The translations under genes and the position numbers were made by a program. A model generated the notes under the pieces. That model did not search any database and was not told where the DNA came from. It saw only the letters and a list, made by a program, of their open reading frames with translations. A stretch of DNA of 58,848 nucleotides from Paraphysomonas bandaiensis (Eukaryota; Protista; Chrysophyceae): the NCBI GenBank assembly GCA_965644295.1, contig CBFFRP010000331.1, forward strand, positions 1-58,848, in the 5' to 3' direction. This document shows, piece by piece, positions 38,355-51,869 of this stretch; position 1 is the first letter of the stretch; each line of letters begins with the position of its first letter.

Positions 38355-38830
38355 ATATCCTTCTATTTGACGCTACGGAGGCTGCTTGTGCGTCGCCGCA
38401 AGCACCAAGGTGTGACCACCTCCGCTCTCTGTCCTTATGGCGAATTAGCCCGGATGCTTGATTTTTCAGCAGGTAGCCCAAACCCCGGATGCCCTTGACG
38501 TGGGCCCATTCCCGGATGCCTGTTTATTCGTCATGGCTCAATGACGTCTACACAACAAGTGAAAATTACTTGTGTCCCTTGTACCACACAAGTATTTGGC
38601 TCTGAGTGGGTAGAACGTTATCTGCTGACTATATATATATATATGCAGCTCACGTTAGTTCCCCAGAAATTAATAATAATTGCGTTGTTTAAACATAACA
38701 ACGTTACTTTTAGTATCTACTATCCACCAACAAAACATGGTAAAATCACTTTACCAGATTTGGGCATCACATCGACTTTTATCTCCCAGAGCACCACGAA
38801 AAAGCGCGAGTCTGACTTTGCTGAGGAATG
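38355..38830 (-). mobile_element. SINE-like element (3' module plus body B)
   Basis: cgctacggaggctgcttgtgcgtcgccgcaagcaccaaggtg followed by the body shared with 25605-25890. Confidence 0.7.
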
Positions 38831-39389
38831 TTAGTATATACATGATAATATATTCGTATTATCTCATTAATTATTCATGAAAGAAGTAGACTTTTGAACT
38901 GCTGCTTTATTCAAGTAACGGTCAAAATTTAATACCGTAAAGCACTGCTTATAATTGCTTAACAATATAATAATATATATATTATATTAGTAAGCAACAT
39001 ATTATATATATATTAGATAGCGCTGTACACTTACTTGTAACAGGGAATAATGCTCATAACACGTCAATATAATGTTACAGTATTATATAGAAAGATGGTC
39101 CCCACATATTATTAATAACCCCCCTATCGTTTTAATTGAAATTATTTTTTAAAATTGTAATTTCCATTACTCTAGGTACACTCCAATACTGCCCTGATCC
39201 CAAATCAGGCCTAATATAGATATATATCTTTTAACCAAATAATGTTGTAAAATGACATGAATTATAACTAATGTGAAACGAAAGTATTAATAGAGGGTGT
39301 ACATCGGATCTGGTTGTAGTTTAATAGAAAGCGAGTAGACCAAGGAAAGACTACTAACTTCCCTGCTAAACAACAGCAGGAGGGTACAG

Positions 39390-40255
39390 TAGTTATACTT
39401 AACCGCGGGTATAATAAGGAGGTATATTATCCCGTCTCAAAATATATAACGAGGACGAAAAGCCCAAATTGCAAAATTTAAGCGCTTCGTACTCCTTATC
39501 CCTAAAGGATATATTATTATAGTAGATTATCCTCATGATAATATGTTGAAAACTTCATATATCTAGAATGTATTGCTATTTCTAGCTTACTTACTGTAGA
39601 AAAAAATAGATGCTCCCTGATTAACATCAAGAAAACTAAAGAAAAATCATAATATATATCCAGTTTTAATTCAATGGGATCTATACACAAGCTTATAGCG
39701 AATGGTAACTCAAAACAATAAATAACAAATTTTACTAATAACTACAACAAATCTACCCTTACCACAGAAGAATACTGAGGGAATAGCACCTGCAAGGTAT
39801 TAATTTGTATATAAGTTTGATGACTGTAAAAAAATGTACTCGCTCAAGGCTTCTTCTTGTTGTTGGCACCATCATCACGTTTATATACAACACGCTATAT
39901 ACCTCTACTAGTGCAATGATAGACTCGAAGAATAGTGTATGTACAATATGAGGCACACAAACCTGGTAAGCATGACGGGACCCCAAGAAACCTGAAAGGA
40001 CAGGGGGTGCAACTACTCCAAATCACCGTCAGCATCAGATATGGCATACGAACTCCTGCAGTGTTATTATTATTGAAGTTATTGTGAAGTCCTGGTTTCA
40101 GTGATAATAGAACGCTCGCACAAACATCATTATGATCTTCTACATCAGACGAAGGATAGAATACAACTTGGGGTGTTTAATGATCGGCATTGCAATGTTG
40201 GCTCATCATTGTGAAATAATCATATACTAATGACTGTCAATATCATCATAATTAA
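39390..40255. repeat. Dispersed repeat family C (degenerate TE remnant)
   Basis: Collinear similarity to 57150-57838, e.g. cattatgatcttctaca, catcatcac.tttatataca and atgactgtca. Confidence 0.75.
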
Positions 40256-40594
40256 GAGCGTCTGTTCCAACCGAGTATTGAAGTTGAATACTCTACATTC
40301 GCCCGGTGCTACCATGAGCGTTTCGTTGAACCCTAATCAGGTCAAAAAATCACTTCTTTCGAGATAAAATAGGATGACGTCGAAACCATTGTAACCATAA
40401 TTTATTATAATTGAAATAAATACTGCTATTTAAGGCTCTCGCGTATTAAAAATATTAAGATATGAATTCACTGCAGGGTACCACCATGAATAGCATGAAA
40501 AAGCGTACGTAATATATTAAAGTGGCGATTAACATGCCACTGTATACACAGCTATGTACACATTGTGGGATGAAGAATGGGCAAAATAATATGC

Positions 40595-41356
40595 TTAATG
40601 AGGAGTTCGCATCACTATCTCTCGGAAATTCAAAACTCCATGGGTGGAGGATGGGCCACAGTCAAAGAGGGTGTCTTCACTCTCCCCTGAGAGCACTTCC
40701 CAATCTACATCGCTGCAATCTTGGTGCTGATCAGACTCTATTCCTTGTACAGGGTCATCAGCACGTGATTTGCTACCATCGGCTGCGGCGGAGGAATCTT
40801 GGACCGATGGGTTCGATGTCTTGCTGTCACATAAACACCAGCTGCCCACAGGGGAGTCCACCTCAACCTCCATGTCGACATCCATGTCCTCTTGTTTATT
40901 CGAGGGTATCTCAGGCGGCGCAAGCCACCCCTCAATGCCGTTACATAGCTCCAAATCCGGTTGATGGTCTTCCACACGTTGTCCGTCAAATGCCATAGCA
41001 CTCAAAATATCGCAACAAGCGTCCCAACTCTTGTGAGAGTTCCATAGAATCTTGATCTTCTCCCTGTCGATCGTCGGATATAACCGAAGGAGATCATCTA
41101 GTGATCGTGTGTGTTTGCATTCTTCTCTGCTTTCAGTCATATCTTCCCTGCTATTCCCACAGGAAAATACATTCACTACCTTGTCTGCTTCATCCTCTTT
41201 ATGGGTCTCGTTATCAATGCTTTCATTTTTCTTACTGCTGGATGTGAAGCGAGGAAATTTCAGTTTCGTTGAAGAAACGATACTTCCCAGTCGCTTCTCT
41301 CCGCTAAACAATTTCAGACGATGATGATGATCTTCAATGGAGGAAAATGAAAACAT
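40595..41356 (-). CDS. CUE-like domain protein with an acidic disordered tail
   Basis: Intronless 253-aa ATG ORF. LDDLLRLYPTIDREKIKILW...CDILSAM resembles CUE. Confidence 0.65.
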   Translation of the reverse strand: MFSFSSIEDHHHRLKLFSGEKRLGSIVSSTKLKFPRFTSSSKKNESIDNETHKEDEADKVVNVFSCGNSREDMTESREECKHTRSLDDLLRLYPTIDREKIKILWNSHKSWDACCDILSAMAFDGQRVEDHQPDLELCNGIEGWLAPPEIPSNKQEDMDVDMEVEVDSPVGSWCLCDSKTSNPSVQDSSAAADGSKSRADDPVQGIESDQHQDCSDVDWEVLSGESEDTLFDCGPSSTHGVLNFREIVMRTPH

Positions 41357-42212
41357 ATTCAGTTCGATTGCGGTTAATTGAATAAAAATTCAACGAATTT
41401 TATTAAATTTTATCGAACTTTCTTCAGTTTGCTCCAATTTGCCTTTAGAGAGCGTGCTTATAATTCCTCACAGCTATAGAGGCTCAAGTGAGGTGTGGTT
41501 ACTCGGGGACTACCCGCATACTGACACTCCAAGCGGGATTGGTATATATCGACACTATGTCCACGGTCTAGTTGATATAACGTAATTGACTCTTTCCTAT
41601 GAAAGTATACGTATGAAGAAAATCTCCTCAAACCACATGCGAACAGAGGAGTAAAATTCCACCTACGTAATTTTCAATATAAAAAATCGTTCCCAGGAGC
41701 TTCTTTTCTTCCTTCCCTTTCGTTCTCATTCTTCTTTTATTCTTCAGCCCTACACTCGGTATACGGTATAAGGTATACGGTATAGGCGGTGGGACCAATG
41801 ATGACAATGATGTTCTATCCATGATCTGGTGATGGTGAGGATAATGAAACTACCACTGCATTTGTAGGTATGATAATACACTGTATTATCTTGTGACATA
41901 TTTTTTGTGTAGATTTGCGGGTATCTTGTACAGTGTGTAGTGTGTATATGTCTAGTATACCAGTGCCTTTGTTGTGTTGGTGTGTAGCAGGCATATCATT
42001 CACATCATAAGGCACTGCTGCTTATATAATTCATACAATCCCATTTAGTCGTCTCGCAATACGCAACATCTCTTGGCAAGCGTATCCATCGACTGTGTCC
42101 CTGCTATTGCAATACATAAGTCACTCCTGAAGATTTCTTATTCTGTCGTCCACACGTTCCAAACAATCAAATCAGATGACTGCACCGCACACTTGAATCA
42201 CTCAACTTCACA

Positions 42213-45200
42213 ATGTCGAAAAAGGAAAAGGCTCAAGTTCATTCCGGTACGGTCAAACACCCTTTTAAACTATACATGCGTCATTGTTTTTCAGGTTATC
42301 GAAGTGCAGTGTTTAGTACAGATACATCTGGCTGTATCGCCTTGGGGGGGATTTTAAGTAAGAAAAACTCTCATGGCTACTGGCAAAAGCGCTATTTTTA
42401 TTTCAATAATGAGTTTTTGATATATAAAAAAGACAAAGGTTCATCGGACATTAAAGGAGTAATAGATTTAGGAGAATTAGCTAAATACAATTCCTGTGGA
42501 CGAGGAGAGCTGTCTCTGGTGATGAAAGGAGGTGAGGTGTTGGACTTGAAGGGGTCAGACGAGTACGAAATCGCCCAATGGATTGCTGCTATAGAAGAAC
42601 GAATGCAATGGGTAGAAAAAGATTTAGAAATAATTAATGCCTCTCATGAGCTACCTGGAGACCCTCTGATCGCTCCCGATACGCTGTTAGTGTCTGGTTG
42701 GTTGATGAAGAAGAGTCCGCATCCCTATGGCGGTATGCAGGAACGGTTTGTAAGAGTGGAAGGGACCTATTTAAAGTATTTTAAGAATGAAGGGAGGGAC
42801 AAAGATGCCCTTGGGAGTGTCAGTTTGGAGACAGCGGACTGGGTGCGACCATATGACAGTTCTCCAGGTGAGTGGGAGCGTGGAGAAGTGGTGTGAATTG
42901 AGTTGGGGTACATATTTACTTCTGTTCAGCTATAGGCACACCTTTATAAGTATCTCGTTTTTTATACAATTTTCATTCAATGTATCTTTGTGAGCGTCCA
43001 CATAGTTAGCATTACGTATGTTGTGATATGTATCTTTATATGCAGCTTGCTATGTCGCTTGTCACTTTTGACCTTTATTGGTTGTTTCATTAGTATTTGC
43101 ATTTTTCTTTTTATCTATCATATTATTTATGTTGCATATGTGCGCTTACCTGATTTACTTATCTATTTTATTTTTCATTATGATTGTTTATAAAATGAAT
43201 CTTGTGTTAGCAATATTTGTTGACCTCGTATTGCTTTGTTATAGAGTGCAAGGTTTTTGAGGTACAAGCTCAGAAGAGAGTATTTACATTTCAAGCTGAG
43301 AGCGCCTCCGAAATGCATCGTTGGGTGAGTGGTATTGAGGAAGGAATTAAATGTGCAAAAAAACTACTAGAGCGACACGCTCTAGCAAAGGAGGTCGCCG
43401 CAACACCATTTAGAATACGTTTATTCGATGAAAAAGGGGCCACAGAGTTACGGTCTTTGATACGAGAAGACCTCGAAGAATTGTACCCCACAGATATTCC
43501 CCCTGCAGAAGGGGAAGAGTGGGTGAGAGTAGGTGATCATCTCGTTGCAGCCTGCCAAATTCTCGACTACTTGGATGACCTTCTCATGGAGGTGGCGAAA
43601 GTGACTGGTAGCAAGCCCAAGCCGATGAGGCTAGACGTGTTGGCAGTAGGTTTGCTGGAAATTAATTCCTTTCTAAGTCTTCGCCTAACTCCGGTAGTAA
43701 CGCCTGAGTTAATGGTACCGTCCCAGATCAATCTAGGTGATGTACATAACGTCATTGACTGGCTGACGAATTATCAAGCGCGGTTGAGTGATATTTACTG
43801 CCCTCCACTGGAGCCCGATGGCCCTGATCCCTGTAAGATTTTGCTGATTGCATATTATCGTCTTACTGTCTTTTAGTATCGTTCCCACTAATCGACAATA
43901 TTCCACAACTCTGTGAGTGGTGAGTTTGTCGTCATTTGCTTGCATTCCCGGGTTTATTTTTTATATATATCGCAGGTATGTACGTGGAGCCCCTGGTCTT
44001 GTTGGAGCTGCCACCCACCTCAAAGAACATGCTAAGAAGGTTATCGTTATACGCTAGACCTTCACACATTCATGTTATGACGTAGGTATGGGATACTTTG
44101 GAGGAAAATCCCGCCGAAACACTTGAGACACATCAGGATGGGACCTTCTACACACACGCCCCGACCGACACATGGGAGCTCTTCCACCATCACATCTCCT
44201 TGGCAACGTCGACCAAAGCCCCGTTACTGGAATTTATGGTGGCGGAAACTATTGTCGAAAATATTGAGTTCGTCATACAGTTGATGACATCATACGTAGA
44301 AGTAAGAACTTTTTAGTTTTGAATGTTGCTGGGCCTTACCTCGAAGTTGTAATAGGGCATGTATAAACCGAATCCAGACGCCAATTACAGGGAGATTGAA
44401 CTTGAACTAGTGTGCGGCCTGGTCAACGATCTTCAGCTTCATAAAAACGAGCTTGATGCTGTAACAAAGAAATTCACTTGGTTGGATGAAATAAAGCGCA
44501 GAGTAGGTGAGCATAGTGCATCACTCCACCAGAGTAAATGGCGCCTGACAAGTATTTGTTACAGATGCCCTTTTTGAAGTGGAAGCTGCTAACATAAAGT
44601 ATACAACACTGACTTGTCTTCGGCGCATTTCTGCACTTATCATGGAAGACATCGATGAGCCTCTACAGGAGATTTTCACACCTACATGGTTAGGCACTCC
44701 GCCCCCTACTGAACCTCCAGTAAACCCCTCGAGTCAAATCAGCGTCGCTATTGCAACTATTAATGATTACCTCAACGATCTTAAGCAGTTCGTTGTGTCC
44801 AACAGATACCCGGATGTAAGTTTGTTTACTGCATTTGTTTCATGACAGCTCACTGAACGATGTACAGCTAGTAGATCTGGTGATGGAGGCTCTCGTGATA
44901 CGGTACTTCAGATCGGTCATGAAAATTCAGGATTCACCCTCCCCCACTAAACCTCGAGAAAAGAAGGGCACCATGTTCGGGAAGGAGTTGAGTATCAAGG
45001 GCATGCTTGGACAAGGGCTACGGGCCACAGAGATCTCTGTCACTCTCATTGAGAATGATACGAATGCTATACACGACTTTTTCAAGCCCAAGTCTGACAA
45101 CGTGAAGGCCTACTGGACAGTTCTGGTAAATATTTTCTACCGATATAAGTTCTCTTTGTGATCCAAGGCACTGTTAGGACGACCTAGTGCAACTTCTCAT

Positions 45201-48200
45201 TATGGACCCAGAGGAAATGAGCCGGCTTCTTATGTCGCGTATAAGCCAATGTCCACCTGCCGCCCAGGTATTCAAATGGAGTGATGCGAGTGCGTTGAAT
45301 ATATTGACAACAATGTGTCTGTCAACAGGCCATAGTCGAGTGTAGTAAACGGTGTGCTGCTTTGAGGGATGATCTTGAGCGCGATGAAGTGGAGTCGATT
45401 TTCTTACCTCTGGAGCCTATGCTGAAAGTGCATGTGAGTAGGAGCGCGATCCTCTAGTGGTGGTTGACTTGATTTTTTCTCAGAATGAGCTCGAAGTTGA
45501 CAATGAATACCTAACTCTTTGTGGTCTCTATTGGTGAGTATTGTATCGTACTTTACATACGGGTTTTAACCCCATCCTAGCAATCTCGGTCTCACGCAGA
45601 AAAAGTCCACTCTATCTAGAAAGCTATTAAGCATGGCAACTGTCCCACTGGTGAGTGTATTTTGTGTGTATCCTGTGTGCATATTTCCGTTTCATTCAAC
45701 ATCATGAATTATCATTTTAGATACGCGGTGCATCAATGCAGGAGTCCTCGTCATCTCCTATGCCACAAGATAGACATCAGCAGTTTCAGAAGTCGGATGC
45801 TGGACGTACTTCCAATGTTGACGACGTACTTAGTGTTCTTAAGTCAGATGAAGATGTGAGGCGAGAATTAATTCGGGTAAGTGAGCCTTGTTTTCGTGGT
45901 GGTATCAGAAGCACAAAAGCTAACCAATTCTTAGGAAGAAGAGGAAGAATATGAGCAGCGTAGGATAGAAGAAGAAGAGGAGGCGTTGCAAGCGGAACGG
46001 GCGAATCTATACAAGGAGGGTTGGATGGAAAAGAAGAGCCCTGCGCGACATAGCACTTGGCAGCTGCGATGGTTTAAGCTTTCGACTCGGGCGCAACAAG
46101 GCGACGAAGGGCTCGTGTACACTCACACGCTTTTCTGGTACAAGAAAAAGGGGGCGTCTTCTCTCAAGTGCCATGATACTACATCGATATGGTAATGTTT
46201 ATAGGGCATTTATGACAATGATGTAACTTTGAATTCAGTGGTATGCAACTTTTGTCATCTCCTCGTTCTCTGGCATACCTCACAGGTATTTTATTTCGGC
46301 TATATTATGCGCATTTGCTCTGTATGACGCCATTCCAGATGACTTCAATATATATCTGGCTCATGACCCAGAAGGTATGCGTGGGGTGCCTATAAAAGAG
46401 GTAAGGAAATGTTGAGGAGATGAGTACGGTTCTAATGATTTAGCAGTGGGATGCCGAATCCAAAGATGGTGAAGCGGGACCATCTTCGCTTTTGACCCAG
46501 ACACATGGTCATTCGTTTAGTTTTCTGCTTCAGCTGGAGGGAGGCGACAAAGGAGTTACAGGTGGTGACAAGGATGTTATTCTTCGAGTGAAAACCGTAG
46601 ATGACCTCATTGATTGGATGAATTGTCTTTCGACGGTGGGTTGCATCATACAACATGCCCCATTTTTACCGCTGATATAGGCCGCTAAGTTGGAGTATGA
46701 TGTCGTGAGTGGCGTCTGGATGAAGGGAGAACGCAAAAAGAAAATTAATCCAAAAGCTTTTCTCAAGGCTACATCACTACCAAAAGATGCACGCAAGAAG
46801 GCTGTGAGTCTAAGTTTTCTGTATTAAAGCTGTATTCATTTTGTATTTTAGGCATTAGCGAGGAGTGTATCTGCCGTATCCACGAACCATTCCTCAGCCA
46901 CAGCTGCAGCTAGAGCCCCGAGTGCACTCTCCACTCTCGACTCCTTCGGTGATGAGCTGATGGAGGAAGAGGATGATGAAGACGAGGAAGATCTAGATGA
47001 AGAAGACGGTGGCGAAGAGGTAGAGGAGGATGGTGCGACCGAGAGAACTGTGCTACATCTGGAAGGCACCTTGGAAAAACAGAGCCCAAAAAATAATTTA
47101 GTGTGGCAACCACGATACTTCAAGCTGGTGACTCGAGGGCCAGGTGAGCAGTTGTAATGAATCTCATGTGTAGAGATCAAATGTTGCTGTTAGCTGGCGG
47201 GACGGAGTACGTCTTAACATGGTACAAAAAGAGGGGAGCTTCCGCCATAAAGTCGTTTAATGCAGGCGCAATTACAACTATGGTGCTGCTCAGATCGCCG
47301 AAACCTGTTGTTTACAATCCTGGTGAATTCTGTACCCATTCATGATTAGTTTAAGTAAACTTGATGCAGATGATTTTAAGCTTCACATGTCACGAGAAGA
47401 CCGAACATTATCGGGGGTGGTTGTTAAAGAGGTATTGGTTTTGTCGTTCATTCAATATTCTGTGACATTATATCCGAAACAGAAAGGGTCTGACACTACG
47501 TCGTCGAGCTACATCTTCATGCTTAGTTTGGACAACTCAGAAGTAAAGGGCGGAGCCAAGAAGAGTGGTACAGAAAAGGATAAAGATGTCCTATTGAGGA
47601 TAGATAGCGCAGAGAAGCTTATCAACTGGATGAATTGTCTTGCGGAGGCGGCATCTCTTGAATATGATAGTCTTAGTGGATGCTGGGTTAAGGGTAACCG
47701 GATCAAGAAGACGAACCCCAAAGCATTTTTGAAGTCATCTACAATGCCTCTCCCAGAAAGTCACGACGCAAGTCGTCATGTGAGTGTACTTCTACATTTG
47801 TAAATTTCTGCCTGACTGCTTACTAGACCTTACCTCGGAGTGCCTCTGCCACGGCGACTGCTGGTAGTACAGTGCCTAGTATGCCGTCTATAGAGGATGA
47901 AGATGATTACGCTGAGGAAGATAATGAATATAGTGGCCTTGATACTTTCAACTCGATTGCGATGTCCGGTGAATCCCAGCAGCAATTTGACAGGACCTCG
48001 GACTTGTACATGGAAGGCTTGATGGAAAAGCAGAGTCCAAAGAATAATTTAGTGTGGCAGTTGCGGTTTTTCAAGTTAGTTGAATCAGGTTTGTGTTGAG
48101 AATATGATAGATATATCAGTTTGAGTACTCTAATTTAGTGGATGGAAAGAACTACATATTTTCGTGGCATAAAAAACAGAATGATGCAGCTCTGAAGTCC

Positions 48201-49474
48201 TTCAGTGCGGGTGCAATTACTATGATGATGTTGCTTCGGTCACCAAAACCTGTCGTGTACAACCCAGGTAAATCCTGTATAGAACTGAAACAACGATATC
48301 ATCGATTTTACAGATGATTTCAAATTGCATACACTATCGGAAGACCGAACATTATCGGGGGTGGTTGTTAAAGAGGTATTGGTTTGTCGTTCATTCAATA
48401 TTCTGTGACATTATATCCGAAACAGAAAGGGTCTGACACTACGTCGTCGAGCTACATCTTCATGCTTAGTTTGGACAACTCAGAAGTAAAGGGCGGGACC
48501 AAGAAGAGTGGTACAGACAAGGATAAAGATGTCCTATTGAGGATAGATAGCGCAGAGAAGCTTATCAACTGGATGAATTGTCTTGCGGAGGCGGCATCTC
48601 TTGAATATGATAGTCTTAGTGGATGCTGGATTAAGGGTAACCGGATCAAGAAGACGAACCCCAAAGCATTTTTGAAGTCATCTACGATGCCTCTCCCAGA
48701 AAGTCACGACGCAAGTCGTCATGTGAGTGTACTTCTACATTTGTAAATTTCTGCCTGACTGCTTACTAGACCTTACCTCGGAGTGCCTCTGCCACGGCGA
48801 CTGCTGGTAGTACAGTGCCTAGTATGCCGTCTATAGAGGATGAAGATGATTACGCTGAAGAGGAAGATAATGAGGGTGATGACAAGAGCTACCAGGTTGA
48901 TGAGGAAAGTCATCAGTCAGTGAACTCGGGAGAGTGGAATTCAGATGGAGATATTGCCCCTCCTCCACCACCTCCGTCGTCCCCCCCTCCATCGTCCCCT
49001 CCTTCAACGCAGTCTCCGAAACAGATGTTGAGTACAAAGCCTGTGGAAACAACTTCTGGTGAGTGAGTACTTTTTTTTATACTGATCAGCTGATTTTTGT
49101 ATTTCGTGGCATTTGATGCAGAAAATGTCACAGACCGGTTGAGTGACGGGAGCAGAGATCTCCACAGCTTCAACAGTGGTAACCCCAGACGAAGTAGCAA
49201 TGAGTCCGTGGACGATTCGCTGCGCAATGGCAGTAGCGCTGTAGGGTCCGATAACGGTATCGAGTGTGCCGACGGGGAGGAGGCATCTGGCATTGATGTA
49301 GGTGGAATAGTGCTGTCGGGTTCGGAGAACAACAGTGACATTTACCCAATGCACGAACGTGAAAGCGATATATACTCTCTGGCCAGCGAAGGAATCCCAG
49401 ATGATGATGAGGACGATGAATTGCGTGGGGATGGGTCAAAACCCGTAGGGTGTACGTCTTGTGCAGTCATGTAA
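42213..49474 (+). CDS. Large multi-exon protein: two PH domains, a Sec6/EXOC3-like helical region, three further PH domains and a C-terminal CaaX
   Basis: PH signatures (G.LSKK...WQKRYF...W; GWLMKKSP; GWMEKKSP; G.LEKQSP; G.MEKQSP). FYTHAPTDTWELFHHHI resembles Sec6. The protein ends GCTSCAVM-stop. Confidence 0.75.
47395..48860 (+). repeat. Recent intragenic duplication (47395-47915 vs 48339-48859), including introns
   Basis: Near-identical sequence at a 944-bp offset. Confidence 0.95.
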
Positions 49475-50704
49475 CACATCTGCTCATTCTTTTGTTGTTG
49501 GAGTACATTTGAAAGTGTTCACATGATATTGACATCATTTCTGTAATGTGATATATTGGTGACCGTATCTTGCTGTATCTACTTCGAATGCTGCTAGCTG
49601 GTACCTATTTATTGATAAACAATTTGTATTTCGTTTCATATGTTGAAATCGGCTTGAAATAATGAAGTACTACAAAGTAAGCGTGTGGTTTACCTGCTCA
49701 CTGCCTCCAAAGTTGGGCCTAACTACAAGAAGTTTTCAAGTAGTTATTTTTAATAATCAACAAGCTGTACTAAACTGCTGAGCAGTATTGAAGTATTAAA
49801 TGTCTTGTTACTAGCCAAAACTACTGAGCTATATCGTAGTAGTAATCTATTCTAGTGCTTACATTAAGTAGACTACGGGTGTTTGAGCATCACCACTAGA
49901 TACTTTGATAGTCTTATCATTGTATGTACTGGTGATGTAGTAGATAGGAATAGCACTTAAGCTTTCTTGCAACACTCAACACTTAACTGTAACTTATATT
50001 TATGAGATAAAAGGTAGATAGTAGTCTTGGTTAGATGGTTAGATCAGAAGAGAGATGAGTATTAAGTATTAAGATTCGATATGGGGCTGATATGATCTTG
50101 GACTATACATATATAGGGACGTAACGGACGATCACGGTAATCCCTACAGTACTATGCAGTATATATAGGTATTTTGTGGGGTAAAATTGGAGCAGATAGC
50201 AGAATATTTGATTCTATATGAAATTTCTGGAAATAGAAAACTGGCAACTTGGGTGGTTATATCTAAATATCTATATAATATATTACGATATAGGCATAAA
50301 ATGTACTTTATAAAATAAGCCAAACTCCAAAGAATCCTGCTTACCCCTATTTCTCTATTTCTCTAATTTTTATTTGATCTTTTTATAATGAAGTACATAT
50401 ATATAATAATAAAGTATCACGATTTCAATAATATCCACAATGTTGAGTTTCGTTTATTTCTGAAAGCAACTAAAAACTTTTTTAGAGTTTTTACACCTTC
50501 TTTGTACACCTTTACCCCCATCATTTCTGTGGACTCATACATATACATAGTATTTGATGAAGATTGTCTTTTGATAGAACGAAGAGGGCTATACGTACCT
50601 ACTTGAGCGGTAGAGTCATGTTCATGTAATCATCGCTATATATTTCGCAGTGAGCAAGCAGAATGTTGATATACCTGACATCTGCTGACTACAGGATTTT
50701 CGAG

Positions 50705-50990
50705 CCCTTAAGGAGAACAACCCGGATGCTTGACTCAAGCAGCTGGCAGCGCCCAATACCCCGTAAGCCCTTGAGATGGGCCCGTTTCCGGACACCTTTA
50801 TTTTCGTCAAGACCCAATAATACCTACACAAGTGACACTTAGAGTGTTCCTTCTTGTACCACACAAACATTTTTTGGTTATATGAGTGGATAGAACAATA
50901 TCCGCTGACTATATATATATATATATATATATATATTATGCGGCTGACCTTAGTTTCCATTGTAGAGTCCGACTTTGTTGAGAGGTAGAT
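50705..50990 (-). repeat. Body B copy lacking the 3' module, with an expanded (TA)n
   Basis: cccggatgcttga...cccttga..tgggccc...ctacacaagtgacactt...gctgactatatata. Confidence 0.7.
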
Positions 50991-51159
50991 AGATTAATAA
51001 TTATAAGTCTTTCTTGAAAGAAAGTACGTTGTGTGCAACAAAGCAAGGTGTAGGTGTAGGTGTACACGGTTATAAATATATTTGTCCCTACTTAATTTAT
51101 TTAACCGAAGTTCCTACTAAAAACCAAAAGGTGCCATTTGATCCTACTAAATTTTCCCT

Positions 51160-51590
51160 TAACCACAAGTCGACCTCGCACCTTTTCGGGGTATTCTGGT
51201 AGATAAGTACCGGAGATATTTCTCCTGGAAACTAACTTGAGCCGCATATATGTAGTCAGCAGATATTGCTCCACCCACTCATAGACTAATGCTTGTGTGG
51301 CACAACAAGAAGGGCACTAATCAGTGTCACTTGTGTAGACGTCTTTAGGCTTTGACGAATAAGCAGGCATCCGGGGTATTGGGCTGCCTACTGAAGTCAA
51401 GCATCCGAACTAGTTCACCTTTTAAGGAGAGAGGGCACAAGTGGTTGCACCTTGGAGCTTCAGTGACGCACAAGCAGCTTTCGTAGCGCTAAATAGTAGG
51501 TATCAGAGTTAAGCACTATAAATTGTTTTGCTACAACATTAGTTGTGACTCTGAAACGCCTACAATTGCTAACAATCAGACATTCACTAC
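51160..51590 (+). mobile_element. SINE-like element (body B plus 3' module), opposite orientation
   Basis: gtggttgcaccttgg...gacgcacaagcagctttcgtagcgctaaatagtagg. Confidence 0.7.
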
Positions 51591-51869
51591 ACTACTAACT
51601 TTTTATGACATTCCTAGTGCCTACTAATAAATTAAGAATTGTTTTCGATTTTGCTAAAACACTTCAAATACGGCTCAGCTGCCATTTTTAGTTTAATACG
51701 AACACCTGCGAAATTTAGTAGGTTTAATAATGACACCGCCCGTACATTTACAGCAAGGTTAACTTCAGCTAAATGTTCAATTGTAACATCATCACTACTA
51801 CGTTTAAACTTAAGATTTTTTTTATAAGATTGAACCGCTGCTTCTTTGCTTACTCGGTGCAACTAAGAG

